64,000 nt of DNA from Candidatus Bathyarchaeota archaeon (GCA_963780185.1 CAWABA010000005.1:64001-128000), one strand, 5' to 3'. Counted from the stretch's first letter, positions 40,421-51,656 are shown. Program-made: numbers and translations. Notes: generated from the letters alone by a model not told the origin.

Positions 40421-41873
40421 AGATGGCGCTTGCTGATTTTGCCTGTTAAACTCTGCGGTCAGAAAATCTGAAATCACAAGCTTTTTAAAAAAGTATGTGA
40501 ATAGAACTCAAAAATTCCAATGAAATCGCCGAGCGCAAAGCCATAACACTTCGCCGCGTTAGGCAAAAAACGTATCTGCAAAAATGAAAGAATCATCGAA
40601 AGAGTTCTTGTACGAATCCAAGGTAAACGCTATCCGAAATCAACGTGATTAGCAATTCGGCGTAAGAACTTGGGCAAATCCTAACCTGATCATATAGCTG
40701 GCTATGGCTACTTACAAAGACGAAAAATTCGAAGCTAAAGCGATTGAAACTTTTTGATAAACGAATCTGGATGGGTTAGCAGCTGAGAGCTAAAAAATAA
40801 AATTCAAGCAGATTTTCCTGAGCAATACGTAACCAAGTCAGAGGATACTTTGTATTTGATGAAACCTGAAGTTACACGGCTGACAGAAGTTTAGAAAGCG
40901 GGCTAAGGGACTTCAGACAAAATCGTATTAGAGGCAGCAATCACAAGTGGTTCTCTCAGGAGAGCGTTCGTATACATCCTGAGCGCCAAAGGCACCTTGA
41001 TTTCGACAGCTCTCCTTTCAGTTTCAATGAATATTTGCAGGCAAATGCACAAAGGCTGAGTACCATTAGGAGGATCAACAAGAAGTATCGTCGAAGTGAA
41101 GAGGCACTCCTGATATTATTGGCATAGAAAGGCGTCTTCCAGAGGTGAGATAATACGAACGTCAGATTGCTGAGAGTAATCTACCGTGAATAATTGAAAA
41201 CAGACATAATGGTCATCATTACAGCATGTGGAACTCAAGTCTTAGGGCCTACGGCAAGTGTCTTAATATCAAACACTGGGCGGGAAGTAACCTACAATAG
41301 CAGTTCCTGAGACGTTGAAATAACAGATGCAGAAGACAATAGAAAATACACTCGCTATATCGAGAATCTATCTAATATTTCTTCAGGAGCGGTTTTCCTA
41401 CAAACTGAAAGAGCAGTTTGATAACACCAAAAAAGCCTATGCGAAGACGCCCGTTTCTAACATTCGAGTTAGATCTAATCAAAGAACCTGGCAGAGCTGA
41501 TGGAAAACATCGTTTTACTTGAGCTGCTGAGCAATAAAGTACTATGAAAATGGTGGCTGGGAGCTCTACTTATTCAAATCACGGAGAGAAGTTGACCTTT
41601 TTTCTGAAATACGTTACAAAGTCTTACAACTTCAAGGTAAAGCTCAATCGCTTCCCGCAAATAATGCCCAGTGCTTCCTCCGCGTTTTTACCTTGGCTGG
41701 CTACATCCAGTTCAGGCGACCAAGCAATTTGCAGTTTTCCTTCTTTCCAGACTAATCGCATGAAAAAGTGATGCTTTCCGTCATGGCAACCCCACACAGT
41801 ATTCCCTCTAAGTTGTAAAAAGTAGCTTTATCCCGCAATGGAAAACCAATGCTAAACGAGCCGCCTCGCGGCT

Positions 41874-42940
41874 TTAGCAGATTCTTGGCACTGGGTCGCC
41901 GATGGGTCTTGCGATTATTCTTTTGCCGCCGACCTCGGTCTGCATCGCGACGCCTTTGAATTGGGCTGTGGCTTCGCCGATTATTTGCGCGTTTTTTCCC
42001 TCGTCTGTTTGCTTCAAAAACTCGAGGGCTTCCTGCGCTTTTTCTTTGACGACGCCGATTATGTATTTGCCTTCGTTCCCAACTTCCATAGGGTCCAACC
42101 CAAGCATGTCGCATGCCGTCTGGACGTCTTCTCGAATAGGCACCTTGCCCTCTTGAATCAGTATGCCGACTTTGGATTTTTCAGCCCACTCATTAAGCGC
42201 GTCAGCTAAGCCGCCGCGAGTCGGATCTTTTACAGAAATAACCCCCCCTATTTCCGCGAAAAGACGTTGAAGCATGCGGTTTAATGGTCTTACGTCGGAT
42301 TTTATTTCGCTGCCAAACTTTAGTCCCTGCTGAGCCGAAAGCACCGCGAGTCCGTGGTCGCCGATTGTTCCCGTTAAAATGATTTTGTCGCCTTCAGCCA
42401 AGTTGGAGTCAAGCGTCCAGCGGCGGCAACTTTGCGGTATTGCTTCGCGACTGGCATGTTGCTTTCCAACGCGGGGGTTCTTTTCCCGATTCCTGAAACG
42501 TTCATAACTAACCCGCCCAACGCGCCTTTCTCAACAACTTTCGTGTCGCCCGTCACTATGCCGACGCCCGCTTCGATGCAGGTGTCGCGCATGCTGTAGA
42601 GGATCCGCTCCAAATCCGCCAGCAGCAAGCCTTCCTCCAAAATAAACCCGCAAGCCAACGCGTAGGGTTGTGCTCCCATGGCTGAGATGTCGTTGACGGT
42701 GCCTGAAATCGAGAGGCGCCCGATGTCGCCGCCTGGGAAAAATATGGGTTTAACCGCGTGGGAATCGCTTTTGAAAACGATGTCGCCGATGACTGCGGCG
42801 TCATCCATGGCTTCCAGCGGTACTTCAGCATCGTTGCCTATGCCGCCGAAGGATTTGACGATGTAGTTTTTGACGAAGTTGTGCATGACTGTGCCGCCTG
42901 CGCCATGCAGCATCGTAATCTTCTCGTTTTTGCTTGACAT
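41874..42940 (-). pseudogene. hypE: Hydrogenase maturation protein HypE, 1-base frameshift at ~42423; may be sequencing error
   Basis: HGAGG, FFPGGDIG, GDTKVV, DPTRGG, C-terminal PRIC. Confidence 0.9.
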
Positions 42941-43049
42941 TTGCGCTTTGCATCCTAGTTTAACAACTCCAATAGCAAACAACTTAAACATAAACAAATC
43001 GCAGTTCCGGAAACGATTGTAGGCTGACAAAGTTCAATTATATCCACGC

Positions 43050-43500
43050 CAGCTTGGTCACCGGAGTATTCAATTTTCGCCGGTATCATGCCCAAATTGT
43101 GACATAGAATCCGTTGACCGCAGCTAGCCCACGTTAAGCCAGTTGTTGATCCAGCTTCCGACGATGGTCCCATTGGTATCGGTTACCGTCAATTGAGGTT
43201 CCTTCCATTGCGAATGCTGCCCCCACGCTCCAAACAGGGTAGTATAGAGAATTGATTGTGAGCCTCAGAAGGTGTAAGATTCTCATCCAAAACCTGCTGC
43301 AAGGTCAGGCCGCCTCGGGTGATCTCATCATCTGACGCCATTGCCCAATTCGCCGATACATTGGTTATCGTCTTGTTGTATTCCGTCGCAAACCGTTGAA
43401 TGATTGGTAAGGCGATGCTGAGAGCTTGTTCACGGGTGATATTTGTACAATTCAGCTGTGGAGTTGCCGTCGTTGTGTTTTGATTTGTCGTACTGTTTAA
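43050..43500 (-). pseudogene. Decayed secreted protein gene
   Basis: Frame fragments NITREQALSIALPIIQRFATEYNKTITNVSA... broken by shifts and stops. Confidence 0.4.
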
Positions 43501-43624
43501 GCTTGTCTCAACGCGGAGGTCTTACAGCGGAAGACCAATGATGAGATTTGATGAAACCGAAAAAAGGGATAGCGAAAAATCGTAACAGCGATTCCAATTG
43601 CGATTGGGACTGAATAAGCTTAAT

Positions 43625-44050
43625 TTTGTTAAAGATTACTTGGTTGTGGAGGAAGCCAGCCTCGAATCTTTTGCTTCAAATAATTCGTTTTCATGCTTTC
43701 ATCTCCGGCATCAGTTTCGTAAAAATGATGTTGGCAAGTTTTGCTGGCATGGATGGTTTGTCCGTTTTCTACTTCAAGATGCCTCTTTCTTTAGCCAGGT
43801 CGAGCAAATAGGCTTTGTGTTTGTCTGAGGAATTCTTTGTTTCTTACCTGTTCTGGATTGTCGTGCCAGTACCAGACTTTCACGCCAAAACTGGTGCTGT
43901 AAGTTACGATTACTTTGCGGTTGAGTGCAGGGTGATAGCCTACCAATATACCTTGGCGAACATCTAATTTTGTGACTTGAATATCGTTTACCTGCGGCGA
44001 CGCCCCAAAGTGTAGACGACAGTTTTGCTTCAGCTGTCAGACGCGTTTGG
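43625..44050 (-). pseudogene. Decayed two-gene unit (regulator-like protein followed by a truncated IRGWLP-type ORF)
   Basis: Fragments EAKLSSTL / VNDIQVTKLDVRQGILVGYHPALNRKVIVTYSTSFGVKVWY / LAKERGI; ATGA-coupled MKTNYLKQKIRGWLPPQPSNL*. Confidence 0.45.
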
Positions 44051-44641
44051 TTAACGTTCTGTCTGGTAGTTCTTCAGTCGTTGCCAGCTATGTCCAAGAC
44101 ACAGCTTTAAGCCTTGCGTGTTAAAACGTTCTCCAGAACACTGTTTTTTCATGTTATTAAGTAAAGTGGCGCTACGTTACATAGACGATGTTTGGCTAGA
44201 CATTTCCTTATTTATGAAATAGTAAAATGAATGTCAAATTTACCATACTTAAGGTTAACGGCAAACAAGCTATCAAGGTACGCGCTTACTGCTCGCCATC
44301 TCTTCTACGAGCAAAAGCATCACGCTGTATGCCTCAACACCAAATTTTCTCCTTCGCTTCATAATATAAGTGATTCATTAAATGGTATCTCAACTTTTCT
44401 GAGCAAATTGGTTTTTGATAAAAGAAAAGCGTTAGAAAACGTCGGCTATATAGGGCTATGAGGTTTTTTTGGGTAAACTATAAAAGGTAAATCGACTCAA
44501 CAGTTCATACACCTCACAGAGCCGAACTCTCCCTTTATTCAAGGGATTGCAAAACGTTAACTTAATCGAAACTTTGTGTTTTGATACGGAAAGCCATATA
44601 AATTGCTTTTACGTGTTTGAATGCGCATTGGAGATGTAAAA

Positions 44642-45127
44642 ATGCCAAAATGGGGATACTCAGTAATTGACGAAATGCTCAACGAAGAAAAAACAGCGAA
44701 AGCAAGCGGTAGAGAACTTAAAGTATCCCATAAAGCATCGCGTGAGGTTTGCCACGCCATTAAAGGCATGATGTTGAGCAACGCGAAGCAGTATTTGCGT
44801 GATGTTCAAGCTAAAAAGAGATCTATTCCTTACATGAGATATAACAAGAAACTTCCCCACAGGCATGGGCAAGTTAACAGTTTTTCTGGAAGATACCCGA
44901 TTAAAGCATGCGGCATAATTCTGGGTATTTTGCAGTCAGCTCAGGCGAACGCTGAAAACAAAAGTTTAGATGTGGACCGCTTACGCATCATCCACGCAGC
45001 AGCTTACCAAGGCATCAAACTTAAACGGTTCAAGCCGAGAGCACAGGGCACGTCTTCGCCGAAATTTGACACAACAACACACATCGAAATAGTGCTCGAT
45101 GAAAAACCAACCTCAGGAGAAAAGTAA
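44642..45127 (+). CDS. rpl22: 50S ribosomal protein uL22
   Basis: MPKWGYS, GRYPIKA, PRAQG, HIEIVL. Confidence 0.96.
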   Translation: MPKWGYSVIDEMLNEEKTAKASGRELKVSHKASREVCHAIKGMMLSNAKQYLRDVQAKKRSIPYMRYNKKLPHRHGQVNSFSGRYPIKACGIILGILQSAQANAENKSLDVDRLRIIHAAAYQGIKLKRFKPRAQGTSSPKFDTTTHIEIVLDEKPTSGEK

Positions 45128-45901
45128 ATGAGTATAGTCAAACGTTTCATCACCGAATCAATCAAAAGAACAGAAATTGATGAATTCTTACAGAAAAAAC
45201 TCGACCGCGCCGGATACGGTGGAGTAAACATTTCTAAAACCCCGCTTGGAACCCACGTAGTTATCTACGCGATGCGTCCAGGCTTAGTTATCGGCAGAGG
45301 CGGAGAAACAATCAAGGAACTTGCCTCATCGCTGGAACAAAACTTCAAAGTAACCAACCCACAAATTTCAGTTTCTGAAATTGAAGTTCCCGAATTCAAC
45401 GCCTACGTCATTGCATCACGTGTCGCCTCAGCGCTTCAACGAGGTGTTCACTTTAGGCGAGCTGGTTTTTGGGCGCTCAACCAAGTTATGGAAGCAGGCG
45501 CACTTGGCGCTGAAATAGTTATCAGCGGAAAACTTACCACTGAACGAGCCCGGTTCGAAAAGTTTCGTGCAGGCTACTTCCCACGCTGCGGAGAACCAGC
45601 ACTGGTTGCGATGAAAAAAGCTGAAGCTCACGTTCAACTTAAGCCAGGCATCATTGGAGTAAGAGTAAAAATCATGCCTCCAGACGCAGTATTCCCAGAC
45701 AGAATAAAAATTCTTACGGCAGCGCCAGCGGAAGAAACCGCGGCAGTTGCAGAGCAAGCCCCGCCAGCAGAGGCGCAGGAAGTTCAAACTGAACAGGAAG
45801 CAGAGGTTGCAGAAGAGCAAACCGTGCAGACAAAAGAGGTTCAGGATGAAGCGAAACCTGAGGCGGAACCCGAACCGAAAGCTGAGGAGGCAAAAGAGTA
45901 A
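45128..45901 (+). CDS. rps3: 30S ribosomal protein uS3 with acidic tail
   Basis: RAGYGG, RPGLVIGRGG, GIIGVRVKI. Confidence 0.97.
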   Translation: MSIVKRFITESIKRTEIDEFLQKKLDRAGYGGVNISKTPLGTHVVIYAMRPGLVIGRGGETIKELASSLEQNFKVTNPQISVSEIEVPEFNAYVIASRVASALQRGVHFRRAGFWALNQVMEAGALGAEIVISGKLTTERARFEKFRAGYFPRCGEPALVAMKKAEAHVQLKPGIIGVRVKIMPPDAVFPDRIKILTAAPAEETAAVAEQAPPAEAQEVQTEQEAEVAEEQTVQTKEVQDEAKPEAEPEPKAEEAKE

Positions 45902-46218
45902 TGGCGATAATTCGTCTTAAAGAAATTCAAGGCATGTCTTCAGACGACAGGTCAAAGAAACTTGTCGAATTACGTGCTGAACTCGCCCGCATAAAGACAA
46001 TGGTCAAAGCAGGCGGCGCAGTCGAAAACCCAACAAGAACACGCGAGATCCGCAAAACAATCGCACAGATACTTACAGTGGAAAACGAAATCAAACTCGG
46101 CATACGCAAAGGCGCTGAGAAAGTTGAGGAGCAGCCGAAGAAAAAAGCTGAGGCACCTGAGAAGGTAGAGAAGAAGCCTAAGGCTAAGAAAGACACCGAG
46201 GAGACTGCGGCTCAATGA
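45901..46218 (+). CDS. rpl29: 50S ribosomal protein uL29 with K/E tail
   Basis: ENPTRTREIRKTIAQILT. Confidence 0.95.
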   Translation: MAIIRLKEIQGMSSDDRSKKLVELRAELARIKTMVKAGGAVENPTRTREIRKTIAQILTVENEIKLGIRKGAEKVEEQPKKKAEAPEKVEKKPKAKKDTEETAAQ

Positions 46219-46496
46219 AAGTAACCCCGGACATTATCACTTACGAATTTATTGGTCGTAAAGGCTTCGTCGCCCAAAGCCCGCATCTAGATTACGTCGG
46301 CGTCGGCGGCAAAGTAATTGAGGAAACAAGAAACACCTTCACTTTCCTTGGCGAAGGTCTAAAGCGAAGCGTAATCAAGGAATCAGCCATCTTCAACTTT
46401 GATTTTGACGATGGCACAGTTGTTCAGATTGACGGTAAACTCTTAGTTGGCAGAACAGAGGACCGACTTAAAAAAAGCGTTAAGAGGTTATGGTAA
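46215..46496 (+). CDS. rnp1: RNase P protein component 1 (Rpp29)
   Basis: EFIG, GKVIEETRNT, LVGRTEDRLKK; conserved operon position. Confidence 0.92.
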   Translation: MKVTPDIITYEFIGRKGFVAQSPHLDYVGVGGKVIEETRNTFTFLGEGLKRSVIKESAIFNFDFDDGTVVQIDGKLLVGRTEDRLKKSVKRLW

Positions 46497-46816
46497 TGTC
46501 AATGACTTTTAAGCAACCTAAAAAAACATGTGACGACCGAAACTGTCCATTCCACGGAACTCTTGCAATAAGAGGACGTATCCTTGACGGCATAGTTCAC
46601 ACATCAAAAATGGATAAGACAGTCATAGTAGATAGAGAATTCCTGCAATTCGCCTCAAAATTCCAAAGGTACGAGCGAAGACACGGTCACATCCCATCAC
46701 ACAACCCACCCTGCATCGACGTCAAAGAAGGCGACCGAGTGAGAATCGCAGAGTGCAGACCAATCAGCAAAACCGTTTCATTTGTTGTTGTAGAAAAACT
46801 AGGAGAGGAAAAGTAG
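46490..46816 (+). CDS. rps17: 30S ribosomal protein uS17
   Basis: CDDRNCPFHG, ECRPISKT. Confidence 0.97.
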   Translation: MVMSMTFKQPKKTCDDRNCPFHGTLAIRGRILDGIVHTSKMDKTVIVDREFLQFASKFQRYERRHGHIPSHNPPCIDVKEGDRVRIAECRPISKTVSFVVVEKLGEEK

Positions 46817-46817
46817 A

Positions 46818-47258
46818 ATGGCGGCTAAAGCGAAACAGAGAGCACTCGTTGCAAAAGGAATGCTTTCACACGGAAACAAAATCAGTCGTGGCCTACTGTC
46901 AGGTTCAGAACTGCGTTGCGCCGATAACACTGGTGCACGTGTCCTGCGTTTGATCCAAGCCATGGGCTACAAAGGCAGGCTTCGACGTTACCCCTCAGCA
47001 ACGGTAGGCGACAAAGTCACCGTTTCAGTTAGGCAAGGGTCACCCGACATGAGGAAAAAGATTTTCCAAGCCGTCATTGTCCGCCAAAGAAAAACTTTCA
47101 GACGCGTCGACGGTGTCTGGGTACAGTTTGAAGATAACGCAGCAGTAATCATCACTCCTGAAGGCGAAATGAAAGGTTCAGAGATAAGAGGTCCAGTAGC
47201 GAGAGAGGCAGCTGAAAGATGGCCACGAATCGCAAGTGCCTCAAGTATCATAGTGTAG
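46818..47258 (+). CDS. rpl14: 50S ribosomal protein uL14
   Basis: CADNTGA, FEDNAAVI, GPVAREAAERWP. Confidence 0.97.
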   Translation: MAAKAKQRALVAKGMLSHGNKISRGLLSGSELRCADNTGARVLRLIQAMGYKGRLRRYPSATVGDKVTVSVRQGSPDMRKKIFQAVIVRQRKTFRRVDGVWVQFEDNAAVIITPEGEMKGSEIRGPVAREAAERWPRIASASSIIV

Positions 47259-47268
47259 GTGCAAGATT

Positions 47269-48084
47269 ATGCAGAAGACAAAACGTGTAAAAAATCCGGG
47301 CAAACAAAGAAAGAGACTCTTTAACGCTCCTGCCCACATACGCCACAAGCTAATGTCAGCCCCGCTTTCAAGCGAGCTTGCTGCTTCAAGAGGCGCCAAA
47401 ACTCTTCCAGTCAGAAAAGGCGACACAGTTCGCATCATGAGAGGCGACAACAAAGGGTTCGAAGGCAAAGTTTCACGCGTCGCCCTAAAAGAATATCGAA
47501 TTTACATGGAAGGATTAACACGGGAAAAAGTCGACGGAACAAACATTTTCCTTCCAATCCACCCATCTAAAGTTCAGATAAGAAACCTCAACCTCGACGA
47601 CAAATGGCGGAAAGACATTCTTGCCCGAAAGAAAGAAGTAGAAAAGCCAGAAAAAGAAGCAAAACCGAAAGCCGCAGCGCCAAAGAAAGCCAAAGAAGCT
47701 CCAGCCAAACCAGAAGAAAAAATCGAGGAAGTCGAAGAAGAAGCCATGCCTGAAGAGAAAGAAGAAGCTCCCGCCGAAACAGTTCCAGAAGTTGAGGAAG
47801 CACCCACTGAGGCTCCAGCGGAAAAGAAACCACGCGCAAAGAAGCCTGCAGAGGCAAAAGCTGCAACCGAAAAAACCGCAGCTAAAAAAGAAGAAGTTCC
47901 AGAAGAAAAAGTAACCGAAGCCGCTCCAGCAATGAAAGAAAAGGCGCCTGCTAAGAAAGCAGCAAAGCCCAAGGCTGAAGCGAAGAAAACCGTTAAACCG
48001 AAAGAAGAAGCACCCGCCAAAAAGGCGGCGGCTAAACCGCGTGCCAAACCAAAAGCTTCCACGGAAGCTGAAGGAGGACAATAA
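47269..48084 (+). CDS. rpl24: 50S ribosomal protein uL24 with ~150-aa low-complexity tail
   Basis: KQRKRLFNAPAH, VRKGDTVRIMRGD, IHPSKV. Confidence 0.96.
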   Translation: MQKTKRVKNPGKQRKRLFNAPAHIRHKLMSAPLSSELAASRGAKTLPVRKGDTVRIMRGDNKGFEGKVSRVALKEYRIYMEGLTREKVDGTNIFLPIHPSKVQIRNLNLDDKWRKDILARKKEVEKPEKEAKPKAAAPKKAKEAPAKPEEKIEEVEEEAMPEEKEEAPAETVPEVEEAPTEAPAEKKPRAKKPAEAKAATEKTAAKKEEVPEEKVTEAAPAMKEKAPAKKAAKPKAEAKKTVKPKEEAPAKKAAAKPRAKPKASTEAEGGQ

Positions 48085-48086
48085 TT

Positions 48087-48851
48087 TTGGGTAAAAAAGG
48101 AAAAACTGCAAGATTGAAACGTAAGCCAGCTCCAAGATTCTGGCCAATTCACAGGAAAGAACTGCCTTGGATAGTGAAGCCCTCGTCAGGTTCACATTCA
48201 CTTGAAAGCTGTTTGCCTTTAACGTTGGTTCTACGAGACATTTTGGGCGTTGCACAGACACGCAAAGAAGCCAAGATGATTCTGTCAGAAGGCAAAGTGC
48301 TGGTTGACGGAAAAATCCGCAGAAAAGACGATTTCCCAGTAGGCTTAATGGACGTTATCTCAATGCCTACCGCTGACAAATACTATCGAGTATTGCCATC
48401 TCACAAAGGGCTAGTTTTGAACCCCATCAGCAAGGAAGAAGCAAACTTCAAGCTGCTACGCGTCGAAGACAAAACAACCGTTGAAAACGGCGTCCAAGTC
48501 GCGTTGCACGACGGAACAAACATGCTTGTGAAGCTTGCAGACCCCAAAAAATCCAACGAAGTCCCATACGAAACATTTGACATCCTAAAGGTTACCTATC
48601 CAGACAAACAAGTTGTGTCCACTTTGAAAACAAAGGAAGGAAACTTGGCTGTGATTACTGGCGGAAAAAACGCGGGCAAAAACGGCAAAATTGTTGAGAT
48701 AGAAAAAACCGAAGCAAAAAAGAGACGCCAAGCACTAGTAGTCATTGAAGACGCGAAAGGCATTCGTTACCAAACCATCATGGACTTCATATTTTCCATA
48801 GGCGAAACCGAACCAATCATAGGCTTAGTGGAGGTAAACGCAGTTGTCTGA
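48087..48851 (+). CDS. rps4e: 30S ribosomal protein eS4
   Basis: LKRKPAPRFWPI, FPVGLMDVI, ITGGKNAG. Confidence 0.96.
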   Translation: MGKKGKTARLKRKPAPRFWPIHRKELPWIVKPSSGSHSLESCLPLTLVLRDILGVAQTRKEAKMILSEGKVLVDGKIRRKDDFPVGLMDVISMPTADKYYRVLPSHKGLVLNPISKEEANFKLLRVEDKTTVENGVQVALHDGTNMLVKLADPKKSNEVPYETFDILKVTYPDKQVVSTLKTKEGNLAVITGGKNAGKNGKIVEIEKTEAKKRRQALVVIEDAKGIRYQTIMDFIFSIGETEPIIGLVEVNAVV

Positions 48852-49386
48852 GGATGAAGCAATAATTAAGAATTGGGAAGAGCATCCGATGCTTACACCC
48901 CGCATCGAAAAAGTCGTGGTTAACCTTAACGTCGGAAAATCAGGCGAACCCCTCGAAAAAGCTAACAAAGTACTAAAAGAAATCACCGGTCAAACCCCTG
49001 TCAAGAAAAAAGCAAAGAAAACCATCAGGGACTTCGGCATACGCGAAGGCGAATCCATCGCGGTTGTCGTAACCTTACGAAAGCAGGCAGCCATCGATTT
49101 CCTAAAGAAGGTCCTTCCCGTCGTGGACAACAAGGTCTCTAAAACAGCCTTTGATCTGCGAGGTAACTTTGCCTTCGGCCTCAAAGAACACATTGAAATT
49201 CCAGGCGTAAAATATGACCCTGAAATCGGAATCTTCGGCATGGACATATGCGTAACGGTTAATCGTGCTGGTCAACGGGTAAAGATTCGAAGGAAACAGA
49301 AGCAGCCTGTCGGCGCAAGCCACATGCTAACACCTGAAGAATCAATCGTTTTCATCAAACGAACATTAGGAGTAGAAATCGAATAG
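48844..49386 (+). CDS. rpl5: 50S ribosomal protein uL5
   Basis: [28 protein letters not shown]. Confidence 0.97.
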   Translation: MSEDEAIIKNWEEHPMLTPRIEKVVVNLNVGKSGEPLEKANKVLKEITGQTPVKKKAKKTIRDFGIREGESIAVVVTLRKQAAIDFLKKVLPVVDNKVSKTAFDLRGNFAFGLKEHIEIPGVKYDPEIGIFGMDICVTVNRAGQRVKIRRKQKQPVGASHMLTPEESIVFIKRTLGVEIE

Positions 49387-49403
49387 GCACAGAGGATGAA
49401 TGT

Positions 49404-49568
49404 ATGGGAAAAGAGCAAGTTAAGAAAGTGCGAAAATACGGCAAAGGTTCAAGACCCTGCGTAAGATGCGGCTCGTATGGACCAGTCATTCGACGGTACA
49501 ATTTATATTTATGTAGGCACTGTTTCAGGGAAGCAGCCCCGAAACTTGGATTCAAGAAATATGAGTAG
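49404..49568 (+). CDS. rps14: 30S ribosomal protein uS14 (54 aa, not in ORF track)
   Basis: [13 protein letters not shown]...[15 protein letters not shown]...LGFKKYE. Confidence 0.96.
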   Translation: MGKEQVKKVRKYGKGSRPCVRCGSYGPVIRRYNLYLCRHCFREAAPKLGFKKYE

Positions 49569-49579
49569 GAGCTAAAAAC

Positions 49580-49963
49580 ATGGATACTTTAACGAATGGT
49601 TTGATAACCATCATAAACAACGAAATGCGAAATAAACGTGAATGCATAATTAGCCCTGCTTCTAAGCTTTTAGGGCGAGTCCTGCGCATAATGCAGCTGA
49701 ACGGGTACATAGGCGAATTCGAGTTCATCGACGATGGACGCCAAGGCAAATTCAAAGTTCAACTGCTAGGCAGAATAAACAAGTGTGGACCAATCAAGCC
49801 ACGGTACCCCGCCAAAGTAGGCGAATTTGAAGATTGGGAAAAGAAATACCTGCCATCCAGAGACGTCGGAATCATGGTTGTCTCAACATCCAAAGGCGTA
49901 ATCGCTCACAGAGACGCTGAAGAAAAGAATCTTGGAGGAAGGCTACTAGCCTTCGTATATTAG
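49580..49963 (+). CDS. rps8: 30S ribosomal protein uS8
   Basis: [32 protein letters not shown]. Confidence 0.97.
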   Translation: MDTLTNGLITIINNEMRNKRECIISPASKLLGRVLRIMQLNGYIGEFEFIDDGRQGKFKVQLLGRINKCGPIKPRYPAKVGEFEDWEKKYLPSRDVGIMVVSTSKGVIAHRDAEEKNLGGRLLAFVY

Positions 49964-49974
49964 AGGTGCAATTT

Positions 49975-50520
49975 ATGCGGCTTCCAGAAATATCAAAAAC
50001 GATTCAGGTTCCCGATAACGTAGACGTCAAAATGGACGGCAAAAAGATAAGCATCAAGGGCGCAAAAGGATCTTTAACACGTGACTTCACGTTTGCACAA
50101 ATCTCAATAGAAGGCGAAGGCAAAAACATCCGCATATGGGCAAAGTGGCCACGCAAAAAGGAAGCTGCTCTCGTAGGAACAATCCACTCACACATCCAAA
50201 ACATGATAACCGGCGTAACAAAAGGCTACCAATACAAGCTGAAAATAGTCTTCTCCCACTTTCCAATCACCGTGAAAGTCCAAGGCAAAGAAATCCTAAT
50301 CGAAAACTTCACTGGCGAACGAAGAGAACGCCGAATAAAAACCTTAGGCGACGTCAAAATCAAGATTGAACCCGACGACATCATCGTCGAAGGCGCCAAT
50401 CTGGAAGACGTAAGCCAAACCGCCGCCAACATCGAGCAAGCCACCCGCGTAAGAAACAAAGACCCCAGAGTTTTCCTTGACGGCATATACGTTTATGAAA
50501 GAAACGAGGGAGTAGCCTAA
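49975..50520 (+). CDS. rpl6: 50S ribosomal protein uL6
   Basis: NMITGVTKG, SHFPI, DPRVFLDGIYV. Confidence 0.97.
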   Translation: MRLPEISKTIQVPDNVDVKMDGKKISIKGAKGSLTRDFTFAQISIEGEGKNIRIWAKWPRKKEAALVGTIHSHIQNMITGVTKGYQYKLKIVFSHFPITVKVQGKEILIENFTGERRERRIKTLGDVKIKIEPDDIIVEGANLEDVSQTAANIEQATRVRNKDPRVFLDGIYVYERNEGVA

Positions 50521-51203
50521 TGGCAACAGAAAAAACAGAAAAGAGACTTAAACTTTCACGCGAAGCTCTAAGACTTAGAGCACGCCAAAGAAACAAGAAA
50601 CCCTCCTTCGTGAGAGCTGAAAGCTGGAAATATGACAGATTCAGTTTAAGCTGGCGAAGACCCCGAGGATTAGACAACAAGATCCGCCGAAAAATCAAGG
50701 GTTGGCCGCCAGGTTCATGCACTGGCTACAAGGGTCCAAAAATCGCCAGGGGACTGCATCCTTCAGGTTACAGAGAAGTTATAGTTTTCAACGTTGCCGA
50801 CTTATCCAAAGTTGACCCCACCATTCAAGCCGCACGCATAGCACACACCGTAGGCAAAAGAAAACGCGCCACAATCATCGCCGAAGCCAAGAACCTTAAA
50901 ATCAAAATCTTAAACATCAAAGTTACCGCAGCGGTTGAAAAGAAAGAGGGCGAAGAAGAGCCAACTGAAGAAAACACTGGGGAGAAAACCTCCGAGGAAA
51001 TCTGGGAAGAGGCAACGAAAGAAGGAGAAAAGGAAGAAGCTTCCGAGGGTGAAGAGGAAACAAAAGAAGCGGAGACGGAAGAAGAACCAGAAGAAGCCGC
51101 ACCTGAAGAAGAAGTGAAAGAAAAGCCCAAGAAAAGCAAAACAACCAAGAAATCCAAGTCTAAAAAAGACACGGAGAAAGTTGAAGGAGAAGAAGAACAA
51201 TGA
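50520..51203 (+). CDS. rpl32e: 50S ribosomal protein eL32 with acidic tail
   Basis: WRRPRGLDNK, RGLHPSG. Confidence 0.96.
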   Translation: MATEKTEKRLKLSREALRLRARQRNKKPSFVRAESWKYDRFSLSWRRPRGLDNKIRRKIKGWPPGSCTGYKGPKIARGLHPSGYREVIVFNVADLSKVDPTIQAARIAHTVGKRKRATIIAEAKNLKIKILNIKVTAAVEKKEGEEEPTEENTGEKTSEEIWEEATKEGEKEEASEGEEETKEAETEEEPEEAAPEEEVKEKPKKSKTTKKSKSKKDTEKVEGEEEQ

Positions 51204-51655
51204 CTAACCTAACCAGTCAAAGGCGTTTAGCATCTCAAATCTTGAAAATCGGGAAAAACCGCGTATGGATAAACCCCGAATTTCTCGATGACGTTGAAGG
51301 CGCAATTACACGTGAAGAAGTTAGAAAGCTAATCCATGAAAGAGTTATCATTTCTATGCCTGAGGTAGGAGTAAGCAGGTCAAGAGCAAAAGTCATCCGA
51401 AGCAAAAAAGCCAAAGGCAGAAGAAGCGGACCCGGCTGCGTAACCGGAGCGGCACACGCAAAAGTAACCAAAAAAGAAGCTTGGATGATAAGGATTAGAT
51501 CTCTAAGACGCAAGCTTCGCGAGTTAAAGGCAGCCAGAACCATAACAGAAGAAACATACAGCCAATACTATCGTATGGCTGGCAGCGGCAGATTCCAGTC
51601 AATAGCTGAACTGGAACGTAATCTAAAAGCTAACGATTTATGGAGGAAACGTTAA
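51200..51655 (+). CDS. rpl19e: 50S ribosomal protein eL19
   Basis: QRRLASQILKIGKNRVWINP, WMIRIRSLR. Confidence 0.97.
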   Translation: MTNLTSQRRLASQILKIGKNRVWINPEFLDDVEGAITREEVRKLIHERVIISMPEVGVSRSRAKVIRSKKAKGRRSGPGCVTGAAHAKVTKKEAWMIRIRSLRRKLRELKAARTITEETYSQYYRMAGSGRFQSIAELERNLKANDLWRKR

Positions 51656-51656
51656 G

